In this document: one piece after another, positions 1 through 9,590 of the stretch
Layout: every line of letters begins with the position of its first letter
Numbering within the stretch: the stretch's first letter is position 1
Virus record (IMG/VR): IMGVR_UViG_3300043469_001223
Strand: one strand, 5' to 3'
Source: an uncultured virus (IMG/VR IMGVR_UViG_3300043469_001223)
Lineage: Duplodnaviria; Heunggongvirae; Uroviricota; Caudoviricetes
DNA length: 20,000 nt
Notes under the pieces: model-generated
Database searches by the model: none
Seen by the model: the letters and a program-made list of their open reading frames with translations, nothing else
Told to the model about the DNA's origin: nothing
Made by a program: the position numbers and the translations under genes

Positions 1-5
1 GGCAA

Positions 6-1475
6 ATGATTAGAACCAACAGCACGCCAGTTGTAATCAGCAACATCTATCCTACCAGCTATAATAGTCCCAGCAACGAAGGTGCTGCTAATGCCTTTGA
101 CGGCAACGTTGGCACTAAGTACTTGAACTTTGATAAACAGAACGCAGGTGTCACTGTTAAACTAAGTCAAGGTCGTGTAGTTCAAAAGTTTACCATTACT
201 ACTGCTAATGATTCAGTTGAACGAGATCCAGCAAGTTATAAACTATACGGATCTAATGATGGTGTTAACTGGACTCTGATTAAAGAAGGTCCGTTGACTT
301 TATCTGATTCTAGATTTAGTGTCAGTGGTGAAATAACAGTGGACAACACTACCGCCTATGTCTATTACTTTATAAAGTTTCCAAGTATTAAAAATAACAG
401 CGGTAATAGTGTGCAGATTGCTGAAGTTACCTACTACTACGATTTAAATGATGGAGTAACCAGCAGTGATACAGGTTCAGGTGGCACACCTAGCAATCCA
501 GGTACAGCAGGTGCAGCAGTATCCAACGAAGGACCAACGGTAGTTGGTACATCAACTAGCAACAGTATTAGCACAAGTTCATCTAGTTCAAGCACTGGAT
601 CTATAACAATTACTCGCCCAACTACCACAGGAAACTTTACTGACGGGTTCGTAGGAACAACTACAGTGACTACAACAACTACAACACCGGTGACTACTAC
701 TACATGGAGTGACGGATCAACTACAACTAGCAACGGTACACCAAGTAGCACTACTAACACTACCTATACCATCACACCCACTTACGGAACTGCTCCTACA
801 TATTCTCGAACCGCTCCTAACATTAGTGGCAACAGCATTTATATCAAACAGGTTGTGGCTGGCACAAACAATTCCGTTACATTAGAGCAAGATGGAAATA
901 ACAATGCCATTACAGGAACCGACAGCGGGTGGGCAACGTTAAATGGCAACGGCAACATACTGAGTATAAAACAGTTCGGACAAGGTAATATTGCAGGTGT
1001 TAAAATGAATGCCTGGGGCAACAATATTGACATTAAGCAACAGACTGCTAACGGTGGTGATGTCAACAACAATATATTCAATTTTGAAAGTGCTGGTAAT
1101 GGTAATGCAGTCACTGCTCAACAACAGAGCAATAACAATACCGCTAGTGTAAAAACTACATGGGATATTAATACTGTAAACATTACACAAAAGACTGGAA
1201 CAGGTAATGCAAGTTATGCTACATTAACAGGCAATTGGAACACTGTTAACAACACACAAGCCGGCAGCAACAATCTAAGCATTGTAAATGTCAGCGGAGA
1301 CAACAACTCAGCAACAGTTAATCAAACTGGCACAGGACACAGTACTTTATTAAACTTAATTGGTAATAAAAACACTGTTAGCGTCACACAAACAGGTGTA
1401 GGAGATGCCTACACACTACAACAGACCTGTACAAATCCAGCAGGCTGCTCGGTATCAGTTATTAGAAACAAGTAA
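6..1475 (+). CDS. Discoidin (F5/8 type C)-like domain + Ser/Thr linker + curlin-like repeat protein; may start upstream of the window
   Basis: N-terminal NAFDGN..TKY..YGSNDGVNWT..QIAE motifs; Thr/Ser-rich linker; C-terminal Q-x-G-x-x-N curlin-type repeats; frame is open to the window edge. Confidence 0.75.
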   Translation: MIRTNSTPVVISNIYPTSYNSPSNEGAANAFDGNVGTKYLNFDKQNAGVTVKLSQGRVVQKFTITTANDSVERDPASYKLYGSNDGVNWTLIKEGPLTLSDSRFSVSGEITVDNTTAYVYYFIKFPSIKNNSGNSVQIAEVTYYYDLNDGVTSSDTGSGGTPSNPGTAGAAVSNEGPTVVGTSTSNSISTSSSSSSTGSITITRPTTTGNFTDGFVGTTTVTTTTTTPVTTTTWSDGSTTTSNGTPSSTTNTTYTITPTYGTAPTYSRTAPNISGNSIYIKQVVAGTNNSVTLEQDGNNNAITGTDSGWATLNGNGNILSIKQFGQGNIAGVKMNAWGNNIDIKQQTANGGDVNNNIFNFESAGNGNAVTAQQQSNNNTASVKTTWDINTVNITQKTGTGNASYATLTGNWNTVNNTQAGSNNLSIVNVSGDNNSATVNQTGTGHSTLLNLIGNKNTVSVTQTGVGDAYTLQQTCTNPAGCSVSVIRNK

Positions 1476-1482
1476 ATTTTGC

Positions 1483-1490
1483 TATAAATA
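1483..1490 (+). promoter_or_regulatory. T4-like late promoter
   Basis: Exact TATAAATA just upstream of ATG 1495. Confidence 0.65.
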
Positions 1491-1494
1491 ACTG

Positions 1495-1827
1495 ATGCGA
1501 TTCGACGACCTTATTAAAAAACCTGCCAAACCGCAGAAGCCATTGACCTATACAGAAAGTTTACAGGCTAAACTTGATGCAGAAATGGCGGATAAACCTG
1601 CTCCAAAATTTACAGCATTAGAATATGCTATGATGGAAGGTGGTCACAGTTTAGAAGAAAACTTTGCAGATGGTAAGAACCCGCAAGACAAAGGCGACAG
1701 CAAGCGTCACGGTGTTCCTACTAAATCGTCAGTAAGTACACTGCGTAAGGTTGCCAAGCAAGGTGGTCGAAAAGGTCAGTTAGCACATTGGATGGCCAAT
1801 ATGAAAGCAGGGAAGGCTAAGAAATGA
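1495..1827 (+). CDS. Hypothetical basic phage protein, possibly virion-internal
   Basis: 110 aa ORF behind late promoter; LEE motif then Lys/Arg-rich C-terminus; ATGA overlap with next gene. Confidence 0.7.
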   Translation: MRFDDLIKKPAKPQKPLTYTESLQAKLDAEMADKPAPKFTALEYAMMEGGHSLEENFADGKNPQDKGDSKRHGVPTKSSVSTLRKVAKQGGRKGQLAHWMANMKAGKAKK

Positions 1828-2111
1828 AGATTCAAGAACTTTTAGAAGACTGGAACAAAGTCAACAAACAAGACAAGACAGATGGCCTTAGTCAAAAGGC
1901 TGTTAATGCTTATCGTAGAGAGAATCCAGGCAGCAAACTTAAGACTGCTGTAACTACTAAGCCTAGTAAATTAAAAGCAGGCAGCAAGGATGCTAAACGC
2001 CGCAAGAGTTTTTGTGCTCGCATGTCGGGTAACAAAGGCCCTATGAAGGACGAGAAAGGTCGTCCAACTCCTAAAGCCAAAGCACTGTCTCGCTGGAACT
2101 GCGAGGAATAA
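1824..2111 (+). CDS. Small basic phage protein (DUF6321-like)
   Basis: RRKSFCARMSG...KALSRWNC motif recognised from T4-like phage proteins; MKIQELLE start. Confidence 0.7.
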   Translation: MKIQELLEDWNKVNKQDKTDGLSQKAVNAYRRENPGSKLKTAVTTKPSKLKAGSKDAKRRKSFCARMSGNKGPMKDEKGRPTPKAKALSRWNCEE

Positions 2112-2114
2112 AAT

Positions 2115-4178
2115 ATGAAAAAAATATTACTAAGCCCGTGGTTGGCATTAATTACATTGGTATTGATAGCAGGTGTCAGATTTGCAGATCCTGCATTTGT
2201 TGAATCAGTTAGACTGCGATACTTCGATCAACTTATCATTAGCCAACCTAAACAAGACATTCCTGTACATACTGTTAATATAGATGAAGCTGCATTAGAC
2301 AAGTATGGACAATTCCCTTTTCCTCGAGGACTATATGCTGACATTATTAAAGACCTATATGATAGAAACGCTGGACTTGTTGTGCTCAATATCCTCATGC
2401 CTGAATCAGATCGATTCAATCAAGATACTCAACTGGCCAAAGCCTTAGAAAAATATTCAGTGGTGCTGCCGCAGGTTGCCAGCACCACAGGCAAGAATAA
2501 GACGTTCGGAAGTGCTGTACAAATTGTAGGCGTTGACCCAGAAGGTAGTCTAGTAGAATATCCAGGTATTATCGCCAACGTTCCTATGCTAGAAGAACGT
2601 GCGGCTGGTGTAGGTGTTGTAAATACTTTTCCTGAAATAGACGGTGTTGTTCGTCGTATGCCGTTGCTAATACTAAGCGGAGAAACTGTGCATCCTGCAA
2701 TCGGTTTAGAAACACTTAGGACTGCGGCAGGAGATACAAAAATACAAGTTAAGATTACAGACATGGGGGTTGAAGCAGTGCGTATTCCTAAACTGAATCG
2801 CATCAACGTAGATCCATTGAGTCGTGTATGGATTGATTGGAGCCAGCAACCCAAGCAACACAGTCTTGCCAAATTGCCCAAAGACTTCAACGGTGAAATC
2901 GTTATAGTGGGATTAAGTGCGGCAGGATTAGTTCAACCAGTAGCTACTGCTCGCGGCGAAATTTGGCCACAGGATATGCAGGCAAGTTTATTAGGTACAA
3001 TGCTTAACGGCAAAACTATTCAGCGTCCAGGCTACGCAGATGACTTAGAAACAGTAGCTATTCTAATTGCAGGTATATTGCTATTATTTTTAACGAGGTG
3101 GACCTATGCGGGATTGGCAGCGACAGTTGTTATTATTGGCGGTGGCATTGCTGGCAGCATCTATGCTTACAGCAGTCTTTTATTCTTATTCGATGCTACT
3201 GCCTTTGCAGTTGGCACAACTTTGGTCGCTCTGCATGCCTATGGCATCAAGTTTGTAAGCGAGTTCCTACAGAAGAGTCAGATTAAGAAACAGTTTGGCA
3301 GTTACGTAAATCCTGTTATTGTTGAACGCTTACAAAAAGATCCTAGCTTTATCAAACTGGGTGGTGAGAAGAAAGATTTAACTGTTATCATGAGCGACAT
3401 GCGTAACTTTACGGGACTAGGTGAGACATACGGTGATGACGTTGTGGCATTTACACAGACTATGAACCGTTACATGACTGCCATTGCGGAGCCTATACTG
3501 CGTAACAATGGGTGTTTGATCAAGTTCATAGGTGATGCGTCATTACACGTACACGGTGCTCCTATTCAAGAAGAACAAGATCCGGATCATGTGTTAGCAG
3601 GAGTGCGTACAGGTCTTGAAATGTTGCACGCTGTTGAGCTGTTTAATATTGAACTTACCAAAGAAGGTAAGCCCTTAGTAGGTTGCGGATTGGGTATCAA
3701 CACTGGCCCTACACTAATTGGTAACATTGGTAGTAAGGATCGATTTGGTTATGACGTACTAGGCGACTCAGTAAGTTTAACTGCTCGACTAGAAGGACAG
3801 ACCAAGAACTATGGTGTGTTGATCATCATTAGCGAGTTTACACAGGCTCGAGTAGGCGACAATTACTTTACAATTCCATTAGACTGTATTGCTGTTAAAG
3901 GTAAGACTATTGGCGTTAACATATTCACAGTGTTTTACAATCCAGATGCCACTGTGGCAGCAGATTGGATCATGGCTCGAGAGCATCATGAACTAATGTT
4001 AGAATATTATCGTCAACAACAGTGGGACAAGGCCATTACACTGTGCCAAGAACTTACAGGTGAGTTTGACGGCAAGATGGATCACTATTACGAATTATGG
4101 ATTGAGCGTATTGCTGAGATGCGTACAAGAGATCTAGCCGCAGATTGGGACGGTACCTACAGAGCTACATCAAAGTGA
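2115..4178 (+). CDS. CHASE2-domain membrane adenylate/guanylate cyclase (class III)
   Basis: N-terminal TM, CHASE2 motifs (IDEAAL..GQFPFPR, DGVVRR), three TM helices, cyclase motifs SDMRNFT, KFIGDA, GINTG, YDVLGD..ARLEG. Confidence 0.92.
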   Translation: MKKILLSPWLALITLVLIAGVRFADPAFVESVRLRYFDQLIISQPKQDIPVHTVNIDEAALDKYGQFPFPRGLYADIIKDLYDRNAGLVVLNILMPESDRFNQDTQLAKALEKYSVVLPQVASTTGKNKTFGSAVQIVGVDPEGSLVEYPGIIANVPMLEERAAGVGVVNTFPEIDGVVRRMPLLILSGETVHPAIGLETLRTAAGDTKIQVKITDMGVEAVRIPKLNRINVDPLSRVWIDWSQQPKQHSLAKLPKDFNGEIVIVGLSAAGLVQPVATARGEIWPQDMQASLLGTMLNGKTIQRPGYADDLETVAILIAGILLLFLTRWTYAGLAATVVIIGGGIAGSIYAYSSLLFLFDATAFAVGTTLVALHAYGIKFVSEFLQKSQIKKQFGSYVNPVIVERLQKDPSFIKLGGEKKDLTVIMSDMRNFTGLGETYGDDVVAFTQTMNRYMTAIAEPILRNNGCLIKFIGDASLHVHGAPIQEEQDPDHVLAGVRTGLEMLHAVELFNIELTKEGKPLVGCGLGINTGPTLIGNIGSKDRFGYDVLGDSVSLTARLEGQTKNYGVLIIISEFTQARVGDNYFTIPLDCIAVKGKTIGVNIFTVFYNPDATVAADWIMAREHHELMLEYYRQQQWDKAITLCQELTGEFDGKMDHYYELWIERIAEMRTRDLAADWDGTYRATSK

Positions 4179-4297
4179 TAGAAGATGTTCTAGATGAATA
4201 TGCCAGGCTTTGGATCCTGGCATATTATTGGCCTTATTTTGTTTTAGGAAACTCTGACAACATTAAAGAAATTAATCGTCTGCTGCTGCGTCGTTAA
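4175..4297 (+). CDS. Possible 40-aa hydrophobic peptide
   Basis: GTG start overlapping cyclase stop (GTGA); MIEDVLDEYARLWILAYYWPYFVLG...; overlaps convergent gene. Confidence 0.3.
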   Translation: MIEDVLDEYARLWILAYYWPYFVLGNSDNIKEINRLLLRR

Positions 4298-4634
4298 TTT
4301 CTTGAGGTGTAAATTTTCTCTGAGGTATTGGAGATAGTTTTTCTTTAACAGGTTCAGGTTCTTTGTTAATAGATGCATCAGCAGCAATACGTTCTTTCTC
4401 AATTGTCTTGCCACGCAATTCCATAACTGTTTCAACTTTTTGATTTAATCTTATAAGGTCATTGTCCAGCATACGAATACGATCAATAAGAGCAATAAGA
4501 GTTCCATTGGCTTGTCCTATAACTGGTTTGATTTCTGTGGTTACCCAGGTCCACACGTAATAGATAAAGTATCCCATGCCGCCCGCAGCAACAATAGGAA
4601 AACCATATTTGTTGATCATTTCTGCTATATCCAT
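4272..4634 (-). CDS. Small single-TM coiled-coil protein (YvrJ-like N-terminus)
   Basis: INKYGFPIVAAGGMGYFIY TM segment then heptad region; paralogue of 4961-5239. Confidence 0.75.
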   Translation of the reverse strand: MDIAEMINKYGFPIVAAGGMGYFIYYVWTWVTTEIKPVIGQANGTLIALIDRIRMLDNDLIRLNQKVETVMELRGKTIEKERIAADASINKEPEPVKEKLSPIPQRKFTPQEINDAAADD

Positions 4635-4635
4635 A

Positions 4636-4815
4636 TTACTTATACCCTTTGGTAAATTTTAGTACGGGGTCTACTTTGACTAATTGACTTTGCCCGTCTA
4701 TATTTTTAAGCTCAAAGTGATCTCCAGCACGCCACTCTAACTTGTCTATGTTAATTTCTCTGTCTAGAATAATTCGATCTTTTCGAAGATCCCAGTCGTA
4801 GTCTAAGTATTTCAT
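4636..4815 (-). CDS. Hypothetical 59-aa protein
   Basis: Read manually: MKYLDYDWDLRKDRIILDREINIDKLEWRAGDHFELKNIDGQSQLVKVDPVLKFTKGYK; ATGA overlap with upstream gene, 1 nt gap to downstream gene. Confidence 0.7.
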   Translation of the reverse strand: MKYLDYDWDLRKDRIILDREINIDKLEWRAGDHFELKNIDGQSQLVKVDPVLKFTKGYK

Positions 4816-4961
4816 AAGGTGCTTTCTACTGTGCCGAGAATAAGATATACTTGCTGATAAGTTTCTTCAATCATTTCTAACTGTTCTTCAGTTAACTCGC
4901 TCTGTTCAAAATTTACTAAATCTTTTGCTAGTTCAGTTTGCAGTTGCTTAATCTTATTCAT
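4812..4961 (-). CDS. Hypothetical 49-aa acidic protein
   Basis: Read manually: MNKIKQLQTELAKDLVNFEQSELTEEQLEMIEETYQQVYLILGTVESTL; TAATG overlap with upstream gene. Confidence 0.65.
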   Translation of the reverse strand: MNKIKQLQTELAKDLVNFEQSELTEEQLEMIEETYQQVYLILGTVESTL

Positions 4962-5239
4962 TAGTCTTTCCTTTGATCAACTTGATCAGCACGAGCAATC
5001 CGATCATAATCGGGCTGTAGTCCCAATGCATGACTTACTTTAACATCAATACGTTGTAATTGGTTGGTCATAGTATCTACTCGACTGTCTAGACCTTTAA
5101 TAATACCACCCATTCCGTTGACGCTAGATGTTACACCAGCTAAAATAAACTTCAATGTTAGGAAAACAAAGTAGCCAGCCGCTATTGCACCAGCTATTGG
5201 AAACCCTAACTCTGCTACTAATTTAAAGAAATCGCCCAT
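4961..5239 (-). CDS. Small single-TM coiled-coil protein (YvrJ-like N-terminus)
   Basis: VAELGFPIAGAIAAGYFVF TM segment; GGAG/AGGA Shine-Dalgarno upstream. Confidence 0.75.
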   Translation of the reverse strand: MGDFFKLVAELGFPIAGAIAAGYFVFLTLKFILAGVTSSVNGMGGIIKGLDSRVDTMTNQLQRIDVKVSHALGLQPDYDRIARADQVDQRKD

Positions 5240-5347
5240 ATCCTACTCCAGTTTATTATATTTACAGTTAATGGTAAAATCAATATAGTAGTAGATAATT
5301 TTATTCTGTGCGTATATAATGTACTAAATATCTCAAAGGAACAGATC

Positions 5348-5959
5348 ATGTTTGACAAGAATAGACCAGTAGGCATAGAAAGTATTAAAAGTTATGCTCA
5401 GAAAATTGAAAGTGGATTTTTAGAAAAGTACCTAAGCGGTAAGAACATTTTAGAAATTGGATACCAAGGATACAATGCAGGACGAGAAGTTGTTCCTATT
5501 GTAGAAAATGCAATTGGTATTGATCAGGGTTATCCGGGCTACGACGGGTTGCACCTGCCGTTTGAGGATGCTAGCCAAGATGCAGTATATAGCAGTCATG
5601 TACTTGAGCACATTCCGTATTGGGAACAAGTGTTACAGGAGTGGTTCCGAGTACTTAAAGTGGGAGGTTACATGGTAATTGTTGTACCACATTGGTTGTT
5701 ATACGAAAAGAAGAAAGATCTGCCCAGTCGCTTTGCAGGTGCGGGGCATTTTCGTTATTACTTACCTAGCACTCTGCTTGCAGAAGTCCAAGAGGCACTC
5801 CCACTAGGTGAATGGCGCTTACGTCATATGTGCGATAATGATGCAGGCTTTGACTACAGTTTGCCAGATACAACACACAGCGAAGGCTGCTACGAAATTG
5901 AGTGTGTGATTGAAAAGATTGCAGACCCAGCATACATTACACAGATGATGAACAGATGA
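5348..5959 (+). CDS. Class I SAM-dependent methyltransferase (Methyltransf_11-like)
   Basis: ILEIG motif I, LPFEDASQDAVYSSHVLEHI, EWFRVLKVGG; AAGGA SD. Confidence 0.85.
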   Translation: MFDKNRPVGIESIKSYAQKIESGFLEKYLSGKNILEIGYQGYNAGREVVPIVENAIGIDQGYPGYDGLHLPFEDASQDAVYSSHVLEHIPYWEQVLQEWFRVLKVGGYMVIVVPHWLLYEKKKDLPSRFAGAGHFRYYLPSTLLAEVQEALPLGEWRLRHMCDNDAGFDYSLPDTTHSEGCYEIECVIEKIADPAYITQMMNR

Positions 5960-7386
5960 AAAGAAACTTACTAATTGTATTAAGAACTTGTACCCGTGTT
6001 AACATGCTCAACGGTGAAAACATGGGCGGCCGCTATCACAAAGTACCTAAGCATGAGCTTGTAAATGTTTGCCTTAGCAGTATTGTAGATAGTATTAATC
6101 ACTGTGAAGGGCACGATGTTAAGCTAGTAGTCTTAGATGACAACAGCACACCCGAAGCAGTTGCTGATTTTAAAATCATCCTTGCACAATGCAAATCGTC
6201 TACAGAGTTTGTAGCAGTAACAGGCGGAACTGGTGCTAGCTACACTTGCAAGAAAGTCTATGAAATTGTAGATCAACAGTGTACAGACTTGTGGTATCAT
6301 GCAGAAGATGACTATCCGCATTTTCAAACAGCAATACAAGACATGCTAGATACTGTAACACAGTTTGAGCAGCAAACAGGCAAGATGATTGCAGTCAATC
6401 CGCATGACGATGTGTACCGTTACACAGCACAAGTTTACCCTAGCATTTTGTTGTTTGGTCCCCACAGGCATTATCGTACAGTTAAGCACAGTACCTATAC
6501 CTGCTTAGCCAGTCGTGCTGTATTTGACAAGTATCGCAAACACTTTGATGATGCAGCAGAATGGATATTGCGTAAAGATGAAAATGAAACTATCAATCAG
6601 GTATGGAACAAAGACCATGTTATGTTGTTCAGTCCTATTCCTAGCCTAAGCCTGCATATCACACTAGAGTCCTTAAAAGATCCTTACATTGATTTTGAGG
6701 GATTGTGGTACAGTATTCCGCAACTTTGGAAGCGTGGTGATCCTAGCAAGTACGCTATTGTTAGTATGTTCAATGAGCCACATTTTGAACTTGCCAAACA
6801 CACTTGGTTCAATAACAAAGACAAGTATGCAACACATCGCGGATACAAAGCCTTTTCTAAAATGGACGACTTTAGTTCAGAAGCAGTTCACTTTGATAAG
6901 TTTGTGCATATTTTGCAAGTAATGAACGATAATCCTAATCTATCTTGGGTGTGGTGGTTAGACAACGATGCTATGATTACCAACTTCAATTGCAAGATAG
7001 AAGATGTAATTGATGACAGCTATGACATCATCATGGCCACTGACATTGCCAGTCTTAACACAGGCAGCTTCTTTGTCAAGAACAGTGAGAACAGTCGGGT
7101 GTGGTTAGAGGATATGATCGGTAAGCGCAAGGACTACCTCAACGATAAGAAATGGTTTGATCAGCAGTGTGTTATCGACACTTATGTTACCTACAAGGAT
7201 ATTATTAAACTTGTACCACAACGTACTATGAACAGCTACGATTACAAGATGTATGGAGTCGACGGAATTGACATGTTAGGCAACGACGGACAGTGGCAGC
7301 AGGGTGATTGGGTAGTACACTGGCCAGGCTTGAACAATCAATTAAGAATACAATTGGCACAAAACTTTGCAAATGCTGTAGTATGA
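5956..7386 (+). CDS. Two-domain glycosyltransferase (GT-A/GT2-like + GT34-like)
   Basis: N-half VVLDDNS and YHAEDDY; C-half WVWWLDNDAMITN, LNTGSFFVKN, DQQ, GDWVVHWPG typical of GT34 (GMA12/MNN10) family. Confidence 0.8.
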   Translation: MKRNLLIVLRTCTRVNMLNGENMGGRYHKVPKHELVNVCLSSIVDSINHCEGHDVKLVVLDDNSTPEAVADFKIILAQCKSSTEFVAVTGGTGASYTCKKVYEIVDQQCTDLWYHAEDDYPHFQTAIQDMLDTVTQFEQQTGKMIAVNPHDDVYRYTAQVYPSILLFGPHRHYRTVKHSTYTCLASRAVFDKYRKHFDDAAEWILRKDENETINQVWNKDHVMLFSPIPSLSLHITLESLKDPYIDFEGLWYSIPQLWKRGDPSKYAIVSMFNEPHFELAKHTWFNNKDKYATHRGYKAFSKMDDFSSEAVHFDKFVHILQVMNDNPNLSWVWWLDNDAMITNFNCKIEDVIDDSYDIIMATDIASLNTGSFFVKNSENSRVWLEDMIGKRKDYLNDKKWFDQQCVIDTYVTYKDIIKLVPQRTMNSYDYKMYGVDGIDMLGNDGQWQQGDWVVHWPGLNNQLRIQLAQNFANAVV

Positions 7387-8390
7387 AATGTGCCTGGTTA
7401 GAAAATATGATGAGCATCGAAACAGACGGATGGACGCGACCGTGCTGTGCAGAACCGTCTAAGGATGCAAGGATAGCACATATTAATAACGGAATACAGG
7501 CAGCATGGAATAATTCTAAATTACTAGAATTAAGAGAGGAGTTAAAGAACGGTTATTCTAAAAAGACTCGACCATTTTGTAACAGATGCGAAATTTTAGA
7601 ATCTGCAGATCAACCTAGTATGCGTACCAGTACACCGTTTGCCACACAAGATAGGACATTAAAAACAATTCAATTTAAAATGAGTAACAAGTGCCAACTA
7701 ACTTGTGCTCATTGTGGTCCTGAGTTATCTACAGGATGGAAAAAGTTTTTAAAGATAACTCCGATAGCTTCCGATAGTTTTGAATTAACTGACGAATTTT
7801 TAAAAGAGTTAGGAGAATTACTACCGCAGATAACTTGTCTAAAATTTACCGGCGGCGAGCCTTTTCTCGACCCTAACCATTGGAAGATATTAGAATACTT
7901 ACAGCAGTTTGATAGAAGTCATTGTACATTAGAATATATAACAAACGGCATTAGTCCCTTTAGAGATGAACTATGGAAGGGTTGGCAATCTGTTAAATGC
8001 AGTGTCAGTGCAGATGGTTATGGAGAAACATACGAATGGTTTCGCAGAGGATCTTCCTGGGAAGAATTAATAAGTGGTGTCCGTGATCTAAAAGAAGTCA
8101 GCGATGTTAGTATAAATTTTGCAATGACTCCTTATACTATACAAGATTATCATACTGCTAAAAACTATTGGGGACGTATAGATACACATCTTATCGTGCA
8201 TCCTAAGCATGCCAGTCTTTTATATTTTCCTATGAACGTGTTAGAAAAACTTGATGATTATCAAACAATACCCTATGTAGACGGTGCAAGAGGATCTAAT
8301 TTATATTTTTATAAAAGTTGGGCAGAAGATTGGGATATGAAATGGAATACAAAAGGCTGGTCTAACAGGCTATTTTGGTGGATGACTTGA
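7383..8390 (+). CDS. Radical SAM enzyme with N-terminal SPASM/twitch-like domain
   Basis: CQLTCAHC CxxxCxxC motif, FTGGEPFL, ITNG; N-terminal C..RPCC..CNRC; start placed at ATGA overlap 7383. Confidence 0.85.
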   Translation: MKCAWLENMMSIETDGWTRPCCAEPSKDARIAHINNGIQAAWNNSKLLELREELKNGYSKKTRPFCNRCEILESADQPSMRTSTPFATQDRTLKTIQFKMSNKCQLTCAHCGPELSTGWKKFLKITPIASDSFELTDEFLKELGELLPQITCLKFTGGEPFLDPNHWKILEYLQQFDRSHCTLEYITNGISPFRDELWKGWQSVKCSVSADGYGETYEWFRRGSSWEELISGVRDLKEVSDVSINFAMTPYTIQDYHTAKNYWGRIDTHLIVHPKHASLLYFPMNVLEKLDDYQTIPYVDGARGSNLYFYKSWAEDWDMKWNTKGWSNRLFWWMT

Positions 8391-8394
8391 TATT

Positions 8395-9042
8395 ATGAGC
8401 AAAATTATTTCTTGGTCAAAAGACACAGTTCCTTTAGATCTAGTAGCAAAGATGCTAGACTTTTATAAAAAACAACAATCCTATGATACCAACTTTAAAG
8501 GAAAAGATCTTAGAGGAACACCTCCTACTCGAACAGATATACCTGAATTATACACATTTATTGAGTCTTTAGGTTATGTTATTTTAGATGACGAACCTAG
8601 TGGGAACTATCTCGAAACTGCAAGTCAGTATCCCATTCACGTTGATACTGGTAAAGACAATACTCACAGTTTAGATTATACAGTTTTTTTGTTTCCTTTA
8701 TATATTCCTGAAGATAGTGTTTCGTATTTGCTATTGTTAAATCAAAAATGGCTAGGTGAAGCAACTACCTTTGTCAAACAGCCTTGGACTAAGGGATGGA
8801 ACAATATGGTTACAAGTTATGAAGATATTCAAGGACTTGAGTATAACAAGTGGGATTCTCGATTAAACGAGTTAGGTATAATTTTCACAGATTCAACATT
8901 AGACGGAATGAGCATTGACACTATAATTAGTTGGAAAATAGGAAGTTTAGTTAGTTTCCCATGCAACCAGTTACACTTCTCAGTTACTACTAACCGTGTT
9001 CCTAAAATTGGATTAAGTCTGAGATTAAAGTGTAAACTATGA
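8395..9042 (+). CDS. Putative 2OG-Fe(II) oxygenase
   Basis: PIHVD HxD motif, distal QLH and K-x-G-x-S pattern. Confidence 0.55.
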   Translation: MSKIISWSKDTVPLDLVAKMLDFYKKQQSYDTNFKGKDLRGTPPTRTDIPELYTFIESLGYVILDDEPSGNYLETASQYPIHVDTGKDNTHSLDYTVFLFPLYIPEDSVSYLLLLNQKWLGEATTFVKQPWTKGWNNMVTSYEDIQGLEYNKWDSRLNELGIIFTDSTLDGMSIDTIISWKIGSLVSFPCNQLHFSVTTNRVPKIGLSLRLKCKL

Positions 9043-9542
9043 AAATTGCAATAACAGGTCATACACAAGGATTAGGGAAAGCGTTCTTTGATCATTTTCA
9101 GTCGCACGATGTTCTTGGATTTTCAAGAAGCAACGGTTACAACATATTCAGTCCGGTATCCAGAATTAAAATTTTAGAAGAAATTAAAGATGCTGATATG
9201 TTTATCAACAATGCATACAATAATTTTGATGATTCTCAGTTACAATTATTAAAAGAAGTTTACACGCTATGGGAAGGAACAAACAAAGTTATTGTTAATA
9301 TATCATCCCGATACACTACTGGTCCTGAAAAATATTGCAAAGATAAAGAACTACAGGATATATTTTGCAAGTCTAAAGAGTTTACCTTACCATATATAAT
9401 TAATTTAAAGCCGGGATTAATCGATACTAACAGAGTTAAACATATTCTAGGTAATAGATTATCAGTTAATGAAGTAGTAGATGTGTTAGATTTTGCATTA
9501 AATAGTAGTTACAAAGTGCATACCATAACATTTGGAAAATAG
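9039..9542 (+). CDS. Short-chain dehydrogenase/reductase
   Basis: ITGHTQGLG Rossmann motif, INNA, VNISS, YCKDK (YxxxK). Confidence 0.85.
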   Translation: MKIAITGHTQGLGKAFFDHFQSHDVLGFSRSNGYNIFSPVSRIKILEEIKDADMFINNAYNNFDDSQLQLLKEVYTLWEGTNKVIVNISSRYTTGPEKYCKDKELQDIFCKSKEFTLPYIINLKPGLIDTNRVKHILGNRLSVNEVVDVLDFALNSSYKVHTITFGK

Positions 9543-9590
9543 TGGTTGACAACGAATTACTGAAGACCAAGCCGCGGATATAATTTTAGC

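Noticed and set aside
437..3286. Antisense and alternate-frame ORFs inside the curlin-like and cyclase genes
   Set aside because: Explained by codon bias of the real genes.
7308..7382. Upstream extension of the radical SAM ORF
   Set aside because: Overlaps the glycosyltransferase; ATGA-coupled start at 7383 is more plausible.
9546..9580. Sigma70 promoter before the 9591 gene
   Set aside because: TTGACA present but no -10 box at 16-18 nt spacing.
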